Shown here one piece after another: positions 13,790-26,022 of a stretch of DNA of 64,000 bases; position 1 is the first letter of the stretch; each line of letters begins with the position of its first letter. Origin of the DNA: Callorhinchus milii (lineage: Eukaryota). The DNA lies in the NCBI RefSeq assembly GCF_018977255.1, contig NW_024704748.1:19964001-20028000 (forward strand). Reading direction: 5' to 3'. The notes under the pieces are model-generated. The model was not told the origin of the DNA. It saw only the letters and a list, made by a program, of their open reading frames with translations, and did not search any database. A program made the translations under genes and the position numbers.

Positions 13790-13895
13790 GGAACACTCAG
13801 CAGGTCAGGCAGCATCTACGGAGAGAAAGAGCGAGCGAGCGAGGAAGAGAAAACATTGGGTTAACGTTTCAAGTCGCTGACCTTTCGTCAGAAAC
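13790..13895 (-). mobile_element. Penelope-like element pseudo-LTR fragment with a hammerhead-like core
   Basis: ACTCAGCAGGTCAGGCAGCATCT..GGAGAGAAA..GTTAACGTTTCAAGTCGCTGACCTTTCGTCAGAA resembles a common shark repeat (from memory). Confidence 0.6.
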
Positions 13896-16207
13896 AATCG
13901 AACTTTTTTTTTGACTAAATCGCCCATCGGTGTCGCAATTTGTAACTCCATGCAAATGAACTGATTTGAAAGAAAGCGCATATTCCGTTAATATGAATCA
14001 TTCAAATTGCACATTAAAGATCCCTTGGTTTTATGTACCATAGTGCTCAAGAAAATAAGTTGGCAAGTCCTGAGATGTGTTAAGTGGTGTTCGAAGGCCT
14101 CAACGAGGAGGTGCTTTGAGTTGGTGGCCCTTGTTTGCGTCGCAGGTGGCAACATGTGGGGGTTTTTTTGCATCTCGGAGGAGACAATCCTTTGAGCATG
14201 TCTCCCTTGTTTTCATGTGGTATTTCATGGAATGTAAACTGGACACTAAAAGAAAATCCTGGTTTTAAAACATTCCTTCCTCTCCATCCCCAAATTGGTT
14301 CTCTGCCTTATGAATATGGAGCCTTCAGGTTGTGGAAGTTGAGGGTTTCAATAAATATTCATACACAGCAAACAAGTCAATTCACATGCTGTTCTGCTCC
14401 TGCACGACTAACTTCTCTTCTTGTCTTTACATTTAGTTAGATTTACTTTTTAATTCAACCCACTTGAATCCATAAACTTTCCAATTGCAACAGGTACTGT
14501 ACATGCAATAGTGGGACCTTTCATGGCTCAGTTCCATATCAGGTAACTGAGGTACCACTTGTGTAAAATTGTTCTGAAATAGTGTTTAAAATAAACAGTG
14601 GTTGGTTTCATACTAGCTGTTGTCATAGCTCCTCCGAGATGCGTTACAAAGATTGAATTACATTTTATGGCAAATTAAGCATAAAACAAAGGTCTGCAAT
14701 GGCAGGGTTATGTTTATTTTTACTTAAGAACATTAAAAGGTGACTTATTTTGTTTACAAAAGAAACACTCAGTAATATAGATCCTGTGTTCTGGTTCTCA
14801 CCACAACACAGCACAGTGGATTACTGTCTGCAGCCTTACTGCACCAATACTCTCCCCATTCAAGACATTTTATTTTGAATAGCCTTTTTGACTATCTTAG
14901 AATAGTTCTATTTTAATTAATACCAACTTTTTTTAAACCATATATAAACTAATCTCCTCCCAAGCAAATTAGTCTGATCTCTGCCTTAATATAATGTTCC
15001 TGAGATGACAATCGTTCTTTGAACACATTTAAAGTACTTACTTGGATTTGCTAAATTTATGATTTGCAATTCAAAAAGTGAAATTGATTGATTCCCATTG
15101 AAATTAATCAGCATTGCTATGTTATCCAGGAATACTCTTGATTACTATTATTAATATGTTATCCAGTAACACGACTGAGGTGAAACATCATATTAGACAC
15201 TAAGTAGTGACAGCATCTCTCTCTTTTAAACACTTTTTTTCATTTTGTTCCAATTATTCTGCTGTTGCGCTAAATGGTTTAAGAGATTATTGAGCAGACT
15301 GTAAATTGAATAAAACAAGTATTAAGTTAAATTTCTGATCATTACTCAGCCAAGTAATTACTTTAATATACAAAATTGGCAACACCTCCCCTGGAAAACT
15401 CCCAGATTAACCATTAGAACAAAGAAAACTTCCCTCCGCCCCCCCAGAAAATAATCCACGCAAAACAGAAATACATTATAATATAGTAGCTATAAAGGAC
15501 ATTGATAGTACTTTTTGTCAAAGAGATGCAGACCGGTGTGAAAATATAGTTAGAAAGTTGTTAAAAGTAAAAACTGTCTGACAAAACTTACCAAATTTAT
15601 ATTAAAAAACCCTTTTGCAATGGTTCCAGAAGGTAGTCCTTAACGTGACAGGTGTAATAATGTTGAAGCTTTCATTAGGAAATATTCACTGCAATGTGAT
15701 ATAGCAGATCTGCTCCTCAGCCCAGATCGCACAAACTTCTTATAATGGCATATCCTCTTTGCTCAACCAATTACAAGCATTGAGACACAATTACACATTT
15801 TGTAATTGGAATATTCCCTTTGACAAAATGTAATTAATGAAGTAGGTGTTACTATAATAGTAAGACAGAAAAATTCTAAACGGGGAGTAATCAACACATA
15901 ACTTGGTAATGAAGACAGAGAGAAATAAATGATGAAGTCTCTCTAGAGGGCATTGTACAACTGAAGAAGCTGAATCAGCTAAATTCAACTACAATAAAAC
16001 ATTCATATGAATCTTTACTTTTGGATGACCATTTATTTGGACTGAGTGGTGGGTTGAAGTTTCAAATTACTGCAACTGTTTAGGGATTCCAAGAAATATT
16101 GTAGACGTTTTAAGACAGAAACTTAACCGGTTTCAGTGCAGTGATGCAATTGAGCTCTCAGAATTTGGGAGTTACTAGGAAGTATTATTTGAATTGTAAA
16201 TTTCAAT

Positions 16208-16858
16208 ATGGGAACTCTCTCCTCGCCGGCCTTCCCGCCACCTCCCTCCACAAGCTGCAGGTCATTCAGAACTCTGCAGCTCGTGTACTGTCCCGCACCA
16301 GGCTTCGGGACCACATCACTCCCACCCTCGCTCGCCTCCACTGGCTCCCCATCCCCCAGAGGATTGATTTCAAGATCCTCATCCTCACCTACAAGGCCAT
16401 TCACGGCCTTGCTCCCTCCTACCTCTCCAACCTACTATCCCCCTACCTACCTACCTGCCCGTACCCTCCGTTCCTCTGGCTCCGGTCTGCTCCACGTCCC
16501 CCGCCCCAACCGCCCTACCATCGGTGGTCGGGCCTTCAGCCTCTCAGCCCCCAGGCTCTGGAACTCCATCCCCCAGTGCCTTCGCCTTGCTTCCTCCCTT
16601 TCCTCCTTCAAGGCCGGTCTCAAAACCTTTCTCTTTGACCGAGCCTTCAGCTCCCCTCTCGACTCTCTTCCCCCTCCTCGCTCCCTCCCTTCCCTCCCCT
16701 CACCCTGACCATTTCCCCCTCCTCGCTCCCTCCCTTCCCTCCCCTCACCCTGACCATTTCCCCCCTGCTCGGTTCATGACCCAACTGTGCAGCGCCTTGG
16801 GACGTCCTCCTGACGTGAAAGGCGCTTTATAAATGGAATCTTGTTGTTGTTGTTGTTG
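16208..16858 (+). mobile_element. L2-clade LINE 3' fragment
   Basis: ORF2 C-terminus NSLLAGLP..LQVIQNSAAR..HITPTLARLHWLPI..RAFSLSAPRLWNSIP; (TTG)n tail. Confidence 0.92.
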
Positions 16859-18252
16859 GTGCAAAGGACTGATACCTGCAGAATCTGGAAGCACCTTTCT
16901 CAGTTACCTTTATCTAACCTCTTTGTAATTGAATGATAGACTTAAAAGCGGCTCTCAAAGGTCTACTGCAATAGCTGCAACACTGTTCCAGAGGACTGAC
17001 GACTCTTCAAATGACTGCTCAATACTATTGCACAATCCTGAAACAAAACATAAAGATTTTTCCATAACATAAGCCTTTTCAACATAAAACGGGTAATGTA
17101 TTTTGCATTGAAAGAATTGATTTTGCTTAAATGAACAGATTAAACTGATTCCAGGAAAATCCTTTTTACTGATATCTTATCAGTAAAAAGATGGAGAGTA
17201 ATTTGTTAATTATTAACTTACAAGTTACTAAAGGTGCATTAGGAAGATAACTAAAACACCTGATTTTGCCTCCAATACCATTTGAAAGTAAATGTGAGAA
17301 AAGATTATTTCAAGGAGAATCTTCTAGATATCTGAATTACTAATATATTCAGGTGACAGTTATCACAAAAATATTATTGGATAGTTGTCTAGATTGCTCT
17401 CTTGTGGCACTAGGCAGACTGCAATCATAATTGTCACAGATATGAATTGAAATGACAAGGAATAACATATTATCCAGTACCATCAATAAATCCCAGGTAA
17501 AACCCTAAGAGAGATCAAAGTTAAACTTCATTCAAACCTTGACTGAACTCCCCTACATGGGGAATTCAAATAAATAGAAATATTAATGAAGCCATGATGA
17601 GAAAGCAATTAATGGAAATATAAAAATGTGATAGAAAGCTGAGATATATTTTGATGTTACGAAATCAAGCTAAAAGGTGAATCAGACATCTAAAACTTTT
17701 TTGCAAGAGTAATAAACTCTAAAGGTTTGTCCTTGGTGATATTTACCATTCAGCTGAATTTTCCTGTGCAGCAATAATTTTAAAAACACATATGCCACCA
17801 CACAAATTCTTCAAACATCTTGCAGCAAAACAAGGCAAAAAAGAAATCTGTTTATGGTCTTTTGGAGTTCAGCAAAATAAAACTGAATCTTGAGTCCGTA
17901 AATTATTGAAGGAATGAATCTGACTGTTAGGATGGCATAATTTGACATAATTCCAAAAGCATTACAATAAAAGCACACAAGATTCAAATGTCTTCAAGAA
18001 AGTGCCAGCTTTGCAGTCAACTAGAATTCCCCATTTGGCACTTTCTCAATCTTTAGGGAGAGTTACTAGATGAAGGCAGAACAAGTCTTCTTCCTCCCCC
18101 CACCCCATAATGGAGAATCACAGGGAGCATCAACCTAACAACTCTAGCACACTTGCTAATGTGCAGTTACACAGCAACAGTGGGCAAGGCCTAGAAATAT
18201 GCCCCCTTTGTCAGTAACTGAAGACCTAAACAGGAGCAAAAAGAATAATTTA

Positions 18253-18808
18253 TAACAACAACAAAGTTACATTTGTAAAGCACCTTTCACATCAAGAGGA
18301 CGTCCCAAGGTGCTGGACGGACAGAGTTACGGACCCGAGCTAGGGGTCGGGGAGGGTGGAAGGCGGGGGGGGGGGGGGGGCAATGCGAGATCGAAAGCAC
18401 TGTTGAAGAGAAGGGTCTTGAGATGGATCTTGAAAGTGGCAAGGGAGGGGACGAGACGGAGGGACTGCGGGATGGATTTCCAGAGGGTGGGGGCAGAGTG
18501 GTGGAAGGCCCGCCCGCCAATAGTGGGGCAAGCGAGGCGGGGGACATGGAGCAGGGTAGCGGGGAGCCACACCATGGAGGGCTTTGAAGGTGAGTTCCAG
18601 GATCTTGAACTGCATTCTCTGTGTGATGGGAAGCCAGTGTAGTTGGGCGAAGATGGAGGTGATAGGGTCGTCGAGCCTAGTGAGGGAGAGGACACGGGCT
18701 GCAGAGTACTGGATGATCTGCAGCCTTTGGAGGGAGGAGTTGGGGAGGCTGACAAGCAATGAGTTTGCATAATCTAACCTTGATGTAATGAAAGCACGTA
18801 TGAGGGTT
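18253..18808 (-). mobile_element. L2 LINE 3' fragment (other subfamily)
   Basis: LQRLQIIQYSAARVL..LHWLPITQRMQFKI; shared tail. Confidence 0.85.
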
Positions 18809-20257
18809 TATATATAAATACAGTATATATATATAGGTAGTATATTTCAACCATTATTTTGAGGAAGACTTTAGAAAATTTACTGGGCAACTAGATTGCA
18901 ATACATTCCATGGATATGATGTAGTTCAAAATTCAGTGTTTTAATTACAATATCCATGCATCAGTCAGATTAACCCTGTACAATTATTATTGCTTGACAA
19001 TAATTTTGTTGATCTGTTAGTTTGCCTTCTTTATAGATATGTTTATATTATTGAATTACTATTGTCTTTACTATTTGTTATTGAATATTAATTTGGGAAA
19101 GGTCATATGTATTTCAAAAGTTCAGGTATACATAAATCCACTCACAAAAGACAAATTACAATCTTGTTTCAAAGCAACATTAGAAAACGTGGAAAAAACA
19201 TGTACATTTTAATGCTTATCATGGCAAATGACAGTTAAAAAATGACTAGAAGTTCTATTTACTAAATCTTTAAGCAAGCACACAGGTGCTCAATCAGTGC
19301 AGAAGACAATGTTGTTTCAGTTATAATTATTTGTAATCTAAGAATGAGTGAGGGGAGGGGCGCAGATCCATCTCTCAAAATTAATTAAATTTCAACTTGA
19401 AAATAGCCTGATTTTGGCTAATTTACATTCAAATTCTAAAGATCATATTTTAGTGTTATCAGAATGTATTATCTCATTGAACAAAAGGCATTGAACTACT
19501 CCATTTCACATTTGGACAACATTTAAAGCTCATTAGGTAGTTGCAGATTCTGAAAGATCCATTATCTTGAAAACTATAGGTAGTCAAAATATCCCAATTG
19601 CTTCACAACGAGTTATCAAATGTAACTTTTTGTGGGCAAGCATAAGAGTCATTTATGCTTGCATGGTCCCACAGCTAGCCATGAGGTGATTAAATAATTG
19701 ATCTGGAGAATCGTTAGCCAGGAAAACATATTTATCAGCTGGATTCCACTAAAGGAATGTAATAGGGGTGAAGTATGCATGGTAAATCAATAGTGCTTCC
19801 CATTTCCCTAACTTCTTCAAGCCTGGTGACTAGGGGAAGTAGTAGGAAGAATGGAAGAGAGATTTATGTTTTTTTTTAAAATGAACAACATGAAAGCAAA
19901 ACTGTTGGTTCAGTGGCAAATTTATGGCCACCCAGAAATTACTCCTCAGTCCTTGCAAAGGCACCTTACAAGAATTAAAGCAACTTATACGATTGTATTA
20001 AATCTGATTACACCTTAGCAAGATAATCCCTTAAACAAGATCCACGATTCCAAGGAGGAATTTGAGTGAGGCATTTCCTTGTTAATATTGTAAATGAAAT
20101 ATTAGGATACGTAGAGGCGATAAGACACCGATTATGCCTTTTCAAGCAATGTTAAACAAAAAAAGTGCTAACTGTTGTCATGTCTACTTATATTTACCTA
20201 TTTATCACGGTTTCAAGAAGTATTTTATTGACAGGAAAATATATCTATGGGGCCTTT

Positions 20258-21078
20258 TTATATTTTACTTGTGTCAATTATAACATGTTCATATAATAGA
20301 GTATTTCCTGTAAAACTTGAGGCAAATAAAAAATCACGATTACCTGCCGATACGCGAGTGAATGCTCTTGGAGCCTGAACATTTATTTGTTTGAATTTGA
20401 CAAATTTTTCTTCTTCTGTATCCCATCGATATATCTGAGTAAAAAAGTAATTATTTCCAAGAATGGCATAATGCCATTTGTTTATTGTAAGAGGCTGCAA
20501 TACCATTGATCCTCGTGATGGTAATGTCTGTATTTCAACAAACCTGGAGTCTTTCCATTTCATTACCTTGGAGTCCCCAATGAATGTTGTTAAGCAAATG
20601 TACAAATCATTTTGGATTTTAAAATGCTTGACTGCATATACATCTTCTGTCTCAGGAATATCAATGCGCCTAGTGAACTGTTTCTGCTCTTTGTTCCACT
20701 GATAGATAACAGGACGCTGAGAACTACTTGACAAGATCAAATGTGGTTTGTTAGCTATTTCAAGATATTCCACATCTATATCCCTGTACCATTCATGTAA
20801 TGAATGATGGGAATAAAATCCATTTCCATTCCATTTATATACAGTGGTTTTACCAGCTTTTGAACTATCAGCAATAACAAAGTACCATTCACTTTCTATT
20901 TTAAATGATTCAATGTCGTTAGGTTTTCTGATTTTCATAATCTCTATATCCTGGATTTTAATGAACTTGTTGGCAGCTGTTTCCCATTTGTATATGTGAG
21001 AGCCACCAAAGAGTTGTGCAACGACAATGAAAAGATGACTATCAACGACCAGCGGTTTGCAGAATACAGTCGAAGTGC
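20258..21078 (-). CDS. LGI1: LGI1 exon 8 (EPTP 2-7)
   Basis: TSTVFCKP...[11 protein letters not shown]...KIRKPNDIE...DSSKAG...WYRDIDVEY...PSRGSM; stop at 20258. Confidence 0.95.
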
Positions 21079-21182
21079 CTATAGAAAGAAGCAAAAGTCA
21101 GACAATAATAGTAATAATAAAAGCCACACAGCAATATACAAAGAAATGAACTTTTCATGCTAAATGAGACAGCTGTTCTTAC

Positions 21183-21347
21183 CAGCTATACTTTCAAAAT
21201 TCCTGAAAAACAGTTCCACGTGATTCCATTCCAAAATTTGGCAGTTCCCAGTGGAAGGTTGAGCAATCGCTACATAAATATCATTCATGTAATTGAAGCT
21301 TTCTATTGAAATGGATTTAAATGGCAGAGTCTGGTGAATAGTGAAAC
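21183..21347 (-). CDS. LGI1: LGI1 exon 7 (EPTP 1)
   Basis: FTIHQTLPFKSISIESFNYMNDIYVAIAQPSTGNCQILEWNHVE; 165 bp. Confidence 0.93.
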
Positions 21348-22287
21348 CTATGAAAAGAGAAAATAACAGTTAACATGATTAAATTGTTCATTTACTATTT
21401 TAAACATCATTAAATAAGTTAGTGCATTCCAGGTAAACAGATACTCTAACACAGCAAGCACTAGGAAACTCTAGCTAACTTTCTAGTGGGTATCATTGTA
21501 AAGCTCTCATTCTGCACTGCCTTGTGTTGTTCACCGCGAGATACAGTAAGTGTGATGAATTACAGTTCTACTATCACAACAAAGCAATAACTCATTTCTA
21601 GGCTTGAGGCAAAACAAAATACTAATGAAAAATTTACAAAGGCCCTACAAAGATGTCTGGATGCTCTTGTATCAGATTCTTAATTTGAGGATCCAAATTT
21701 AAATCTGACATTCTATTGATGAGGTTAACTCAATCACGGGCTGAGATTTGTCTGGATCTCTGTGCCACAGACTTCCAACATGAGTTTTATTCACCTAAAC
21801 AAGTACAGTACTTCATTTTAAAATAAATTATTGGACAAATAGGTACCCTCAGATTCAGGTCCTTTAACAAGTCTATTAAGGTGAAGCAAGAGCCAGGGAG
21901 TTACCTACAGTTTGGCCTGGGGCCCCTACTCTTCACACTGTTCATATACTATTCTTAGCACCGTAATTGTACTATTGTAAATCTGATTATGATGCCACAT
22001 CATATGGCCAGGAGATAGATTATAGCACTTAAGTGAGATGTGGACCAGTTGAACAGGGCTATTCAATGTTAAATAGAGAATTTCTGTCATGTGTAATGAA
22101 TGTGCATTTTGACAAGAAAACAGCAGGTAATTTGTTTACCACAAAATGCCGTGGAGTGAATATATAATTGTATTTGGAGGATGGGCAGATTACTGGAGAA
22201 ATAATTTCTCTTTTAAAATAGTGTCAAGAGAACTTTAAAGTCTACAGGTAGTGAGATCTTTAAAGACCACATAAATATGCAGATTAG

Positions 22288-22432
22288 TCCTCAGTTTAAC
22301 ATCTTATCTGAAGGATGGCAGCTTTGACAGTGTAGCACTCTCTTGTACTGCATTGGAGTGTCAACCTAGATTGTGGCCTTGAATTTACAACTTTCTAACC
22401 CAGAGGTGAGAATGCTGCCAACTGAGTCAGAG
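22288..22432 (-). mobile_element. Decayed Deu-type SINE head fragment
   Basis: Similar to the reverse complement of 52605-52760. Confidence 0.55.
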
Positions 22433-22805
22433 AGAGGTATGAGGAAAAGATAAATGGGACTGAATAAATTGTTATTTAGTGACCATATGTTTAAAATATT
22501 CAGTCACTTAATAGTAATTCCTGTGAAGCACTTTGAGATGTAATCCCAACGTTAATCACACTATTGCAAATGCAAGGATTATTATTATTTTTATAAACCT
22601 GCAAGAGGTAATTAGAATGCCCTGGGGTTAAAATCTGCCAAATGCAAATTATAGGGACGCACAAAAACCAGTAAGTAAAGACTTGCATCCAATCAATCAA
22701 ACACAAGTCCCAGAGGTGAAAGACAACTATAAACAAGTTAACCCAATTTGTAATATGCTAACCCTGCTCCTCAGACAAATATCTCTATAACTCCTACTGA
22801 ATCAC

Positions 22806-22969
22806 CTGTAGTTATGCAGTCAAATTCTTTCAGTGAGAGGCTACTTATCTTAGATCCCTTGATCGGACTTTCACAAAAGATCTCATCAACTGTTGCATTG
22901 GTGCTACCCAACCATTCCACCAGCCATTTCAGTTTGCAATCACAGTGGAAGAAATTGTTTCTAAGATCT
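22806..22969 (-). CDS. LGI1: LGI1 exon 6 (LRRCT)
   Basis: [27 protein letters not shown]...FDCITT. Confidence 0.94.
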
Positions 22970-23407
22970 CTATATTAAAAAATACATTTTTCATTGGTTA
23001 CTTGGGTTATGGGTGAAATACTACCATTACAGTATTATATATTAATATTTCTGTATTTAAACTTATGGTTTGCAAAATATCAAAATGCAAAAACTTATTT
23101 GTTTGGAACGGTTGTAGTGAATGGATCATCAAATATTGATGAGGTAGTGTGGTGAACTAATGAATAGTAACTGACAATTGTTTTTAAATGGCAGGTAAAA
23201 TTGGAAAAAGTTAGAATTAATAATTGGAATAATTCAAAGGTTATAGCTATGGATATCAATACAAATAAGATTATTTATCTCCGGACAAAGAAACGCTGCA
23301 TGATATTTTTTGTAAAATGTAAACATAACATATTTAGATCTTCAGGAATATTAGATATAAATAATAACATTAGGTATGAAATAATAATTGATATAAATAT
23401 GTCTTAC

Positions 23408-23479
23408 ATATTTGTCAATGATTCAAGGCCTTTGAACAAGTCTTTAGGAAGTGTTTGAAGGCTATTGTTTGCCAGACTC
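23408..23479 (-). CDS. LGI1: LGI1 exon 5 (72 bp LRR)
   Basis: [24 protein letters not shown]. Confidence 0.94.
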
Positions 23480-23589
23480 CTGTTGGAAACAAAACAGTGC
23501 AAAGCAACATAAACAAATACTGCTTCATTTTAAACTGCTACCCTGAGCAACATTTCCTGTGCTAGGTCAAAAAACGCACAGCTAAGACA

Positions 23590-23898
23590 GCTCGGTGGTT
23601 AGAGCACTCGCCTTGCAAGCAAGACACCTGGGTTCAATTCCAGGCAGGGCGAAACCTTGGGCAAGTTTCCTTACTCCACACACCTAATAATAATCCCTCC
23701 AAAACAAAAAANTAATAAATTGGTCATTTTCAATCCATGACTGTTTGTGGGACACTGCCGTGCACAATTGGCTGCCACGTTTCAACCCACAAATATATGG
23801 TCAATTCACTTTACAGCATATTCTGTGAAGCACTTTGAGACGTCGATAAGACGTGAAAAGCACCATATCAAATGCAAGGATTATTATTATTATTACTA
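23590..23898 (+). mobile_element. SINE, same family (LGI1 intron 4)
   Basis: tRNA head, body and (ATT)n tail. Confidence 0.88.
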
Positions 23899-24601
23899 CA
23901 AGTATTGCACTATGAAAGGGAATGTTCAAGGACATCTTCAGTTTAATGGAGCAGCAGGCACGAGTGAAGGAAGGTATTATTTGTGTTTTATTGACCCTCT
24001 CATTGGTCCTGGGTATAGAAATGCAGGAAACATATTCAGCTAATAACACATACACTTGGACTATTGCTGTTAATGATTGATTAATTAATGTCTTAAAAAT
24101 CTGTGGTAGTGAATGTTGTTATCTCACAATCTCTACTATCATCAAACCTTGATCTCCAGTTGAGTACAAGCATAGTTTGCCAATATAAAGTATTTAAAAT
24201 GCAGATGCAAAGGTTAACTGGTTTTCAATTTTGGAATTATGTATAGCTTCCAAATGCCATTCTTAACTTTTGCACTTTCATTTTAGCATACTGTAGTGAC
24301 CATGCACATTTGATTGTAATCCCATGTGCAATTTCTAGGTTGCGCCACACGGGATTCACAATTCCATGCAGATTCCCCAAAACTGACGTACACACACCTG
24401 ACACTGAAAAAGAATCGGACAATTCCTTTCTTAAAATGACATTCAGGAGAAAATAGCTTTTTTTGTTTACTATTCAACATCAAAAATTGATATAAACATA
24501 CTTTTATCCTTATTTAATTGTTATAATCCTTTCATTTTAAATGTTAAAACTCAAGTTATTCTGATACAGATTTACATTTTGAATAAGCGTACCGTACTTA
24601 C

Positions 24602-24673
24602 AGATAAGCAAGAGACGTCAGGCCTCGAAATGCGTGTCTTGAAATAGACTGTATTTCATTGTTCTCAATAAAC
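24602..24673 (-). CDS. LGI1: LGI1 exon 4 (72 bp LRR)
   Basis: FIENNEIQSISRHAFRGLTSLAYL. Confidence 0.94.
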
Positions 24674-24784
24674 CTGGAAAATGGTAACCAGAACATTGCA
24701 TAGTATTATTATATACAATCATGCCAATAAAGGATGTGCTAGTTTCATTCTGTTAAGTAAGGCCTTAACTTGAAAGCTACTTAC

Positions 24785-24856
24785 AGATATTTCAGGTCAG
24801 AAAGTCCACGGAATGCATCATTGGCAATCACAGCAAAACTATTGGAGTCAAACAAG
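24785..24856 (-). CDS. LGI1: LGI1 exon 3 (72 bp LRR)
   Basis: LFDSNSFAVIANDAFRGLSDLKYL. Confidence 0.93.
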
Positions 24857-25412
24857 CTGTTTAAAAAATGGGCAAATGATTAAATCAATTCTATTTAATT
24901 CTGATCATTTACCTTGGTGTGATTCAAGCAGTTTATACTTCATAGAAATTCTGAAAAGAATAATTATGGTTGCTTAAAGCAAACTTAAGTAAGTTAATTT
25001 GTATCAAGATTGCTGAAATATCAGACTAGATGCAAATATTATTTTCAATCTTGAGCTCTTGTAAGTATTACAAAATTCTTCCATTTCATACTTTAATGAG
25101 AGAAACTTAAATATTCAGTATATGAGCTAAATCAGCTATCATCACAGAACTACTTGCTGCGTGAGGAGCTATGGGAAGTTGGGTAATTGTTTGAAACCTC
25201 TGTATGATACAGTAGACATTTGATAACTACTGAGACTTTACAGATTGTATTATAATTTACAGTTCTTGTTGCAATATTGTTGCTACTCAGGAGACCAGCT
25301 TCTTGGATTGAAGCCCCAATAATACAAATGTAACCACATAATTACTATTCCTAGTCAGAAAGATAAATCTTTTCCACTACACACAAAACAATGGAAAAAC
25401 AATCAATCTCAC

Positions 25413-25484
25413 AGAAGCTGGAGTATCTTCATATTTGGAAAGCTGCCTTCTGGAATTGTACTGAAACCAGACTTCATGAATGAC
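25413..25484 (-). CDS. LGI1: LGI1 exon 2 (72 bp LRR)
   Basis: SFMKSGFSTIPEGSFPNMKILQLL; ag/gt junctions. Confidence 0.92.
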
Positions 25485-25831
25485 CTGAAAACAAAAGAAA
25501 CTAGGAGTTACAGTAGTTGGCAACCACAGTTCTCAATCTGTATTTACTGGTCAAGCACAAATAAACAATTGTACGCAACATAGTTTCAATAAAATGATTT
25601 TCATTTTCATTAAAAACAAATGTTCAAAAACAACCCGAATTATACAGAGGATTGACTGTTGTAATTCGCTACCAGCAGAATATTGGTTCAAATGAAAGCA
25701 GTTTAGATCAGTATATCTGCTCAAACAAAAAGTAGTGACTGCAATTATGTGATCCATACAGTAAAGCTTTTCACATCACAATTACTTTGATTTCAAGAAA
25801 ACTGATACAATCCTGATAGTACAATACTTAC

Positions 25832-26022
25832 AGCTTAACTATATCTCGAGGAAAGTGTTGAGGAATGAATTTACTATCTACACACTGGGCGTGTTCCTCA
25901 GTACAAATACATTTTTCGGGACATCTTGCTGATTTATGTTTTGCTGCCTCAGTTGAAAAGAGCAGAGTCAATATCCAAACTACAAGAGTGAATCTTTTTG
26001 TACATTTAGTGGTATTTTCCAT
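25832..26022 (-). CDS. LGI1: LGI1 exon 1 (signal peptide, LRRNT)
   Basis: MENTTKCTKRFTLVVWILTLLFSTEAAKHKSARCPEKCICTEEHAQC; CT|gtaagt donor. Confidence 0.88.

Larger units (their letters stand above)
12709..13900. promoter_or_regulatory. CpG-island promoter of SLC35G1
   Basis: CpG-rich; GC box GGGGCGGAG (13053), TCTCGCGA (13062), YY1-like AAAATGGC (13071), ETS CCGGAAG (13109). Confidence 0.8.
20258..26022 (-). other. LGI1: LGI1 gene span (leucine-rich glioma-inactivated 1), 8 coding exons, 1629 nt CDS, 542 aa
   Basis: Signal peptide, LRRNT, four 72-bp LRR exons, LRRCT and EPTP propeller; sits between FRA10AC1 and SLC35G1 as human LGI1 does. Confidence 0.9.
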
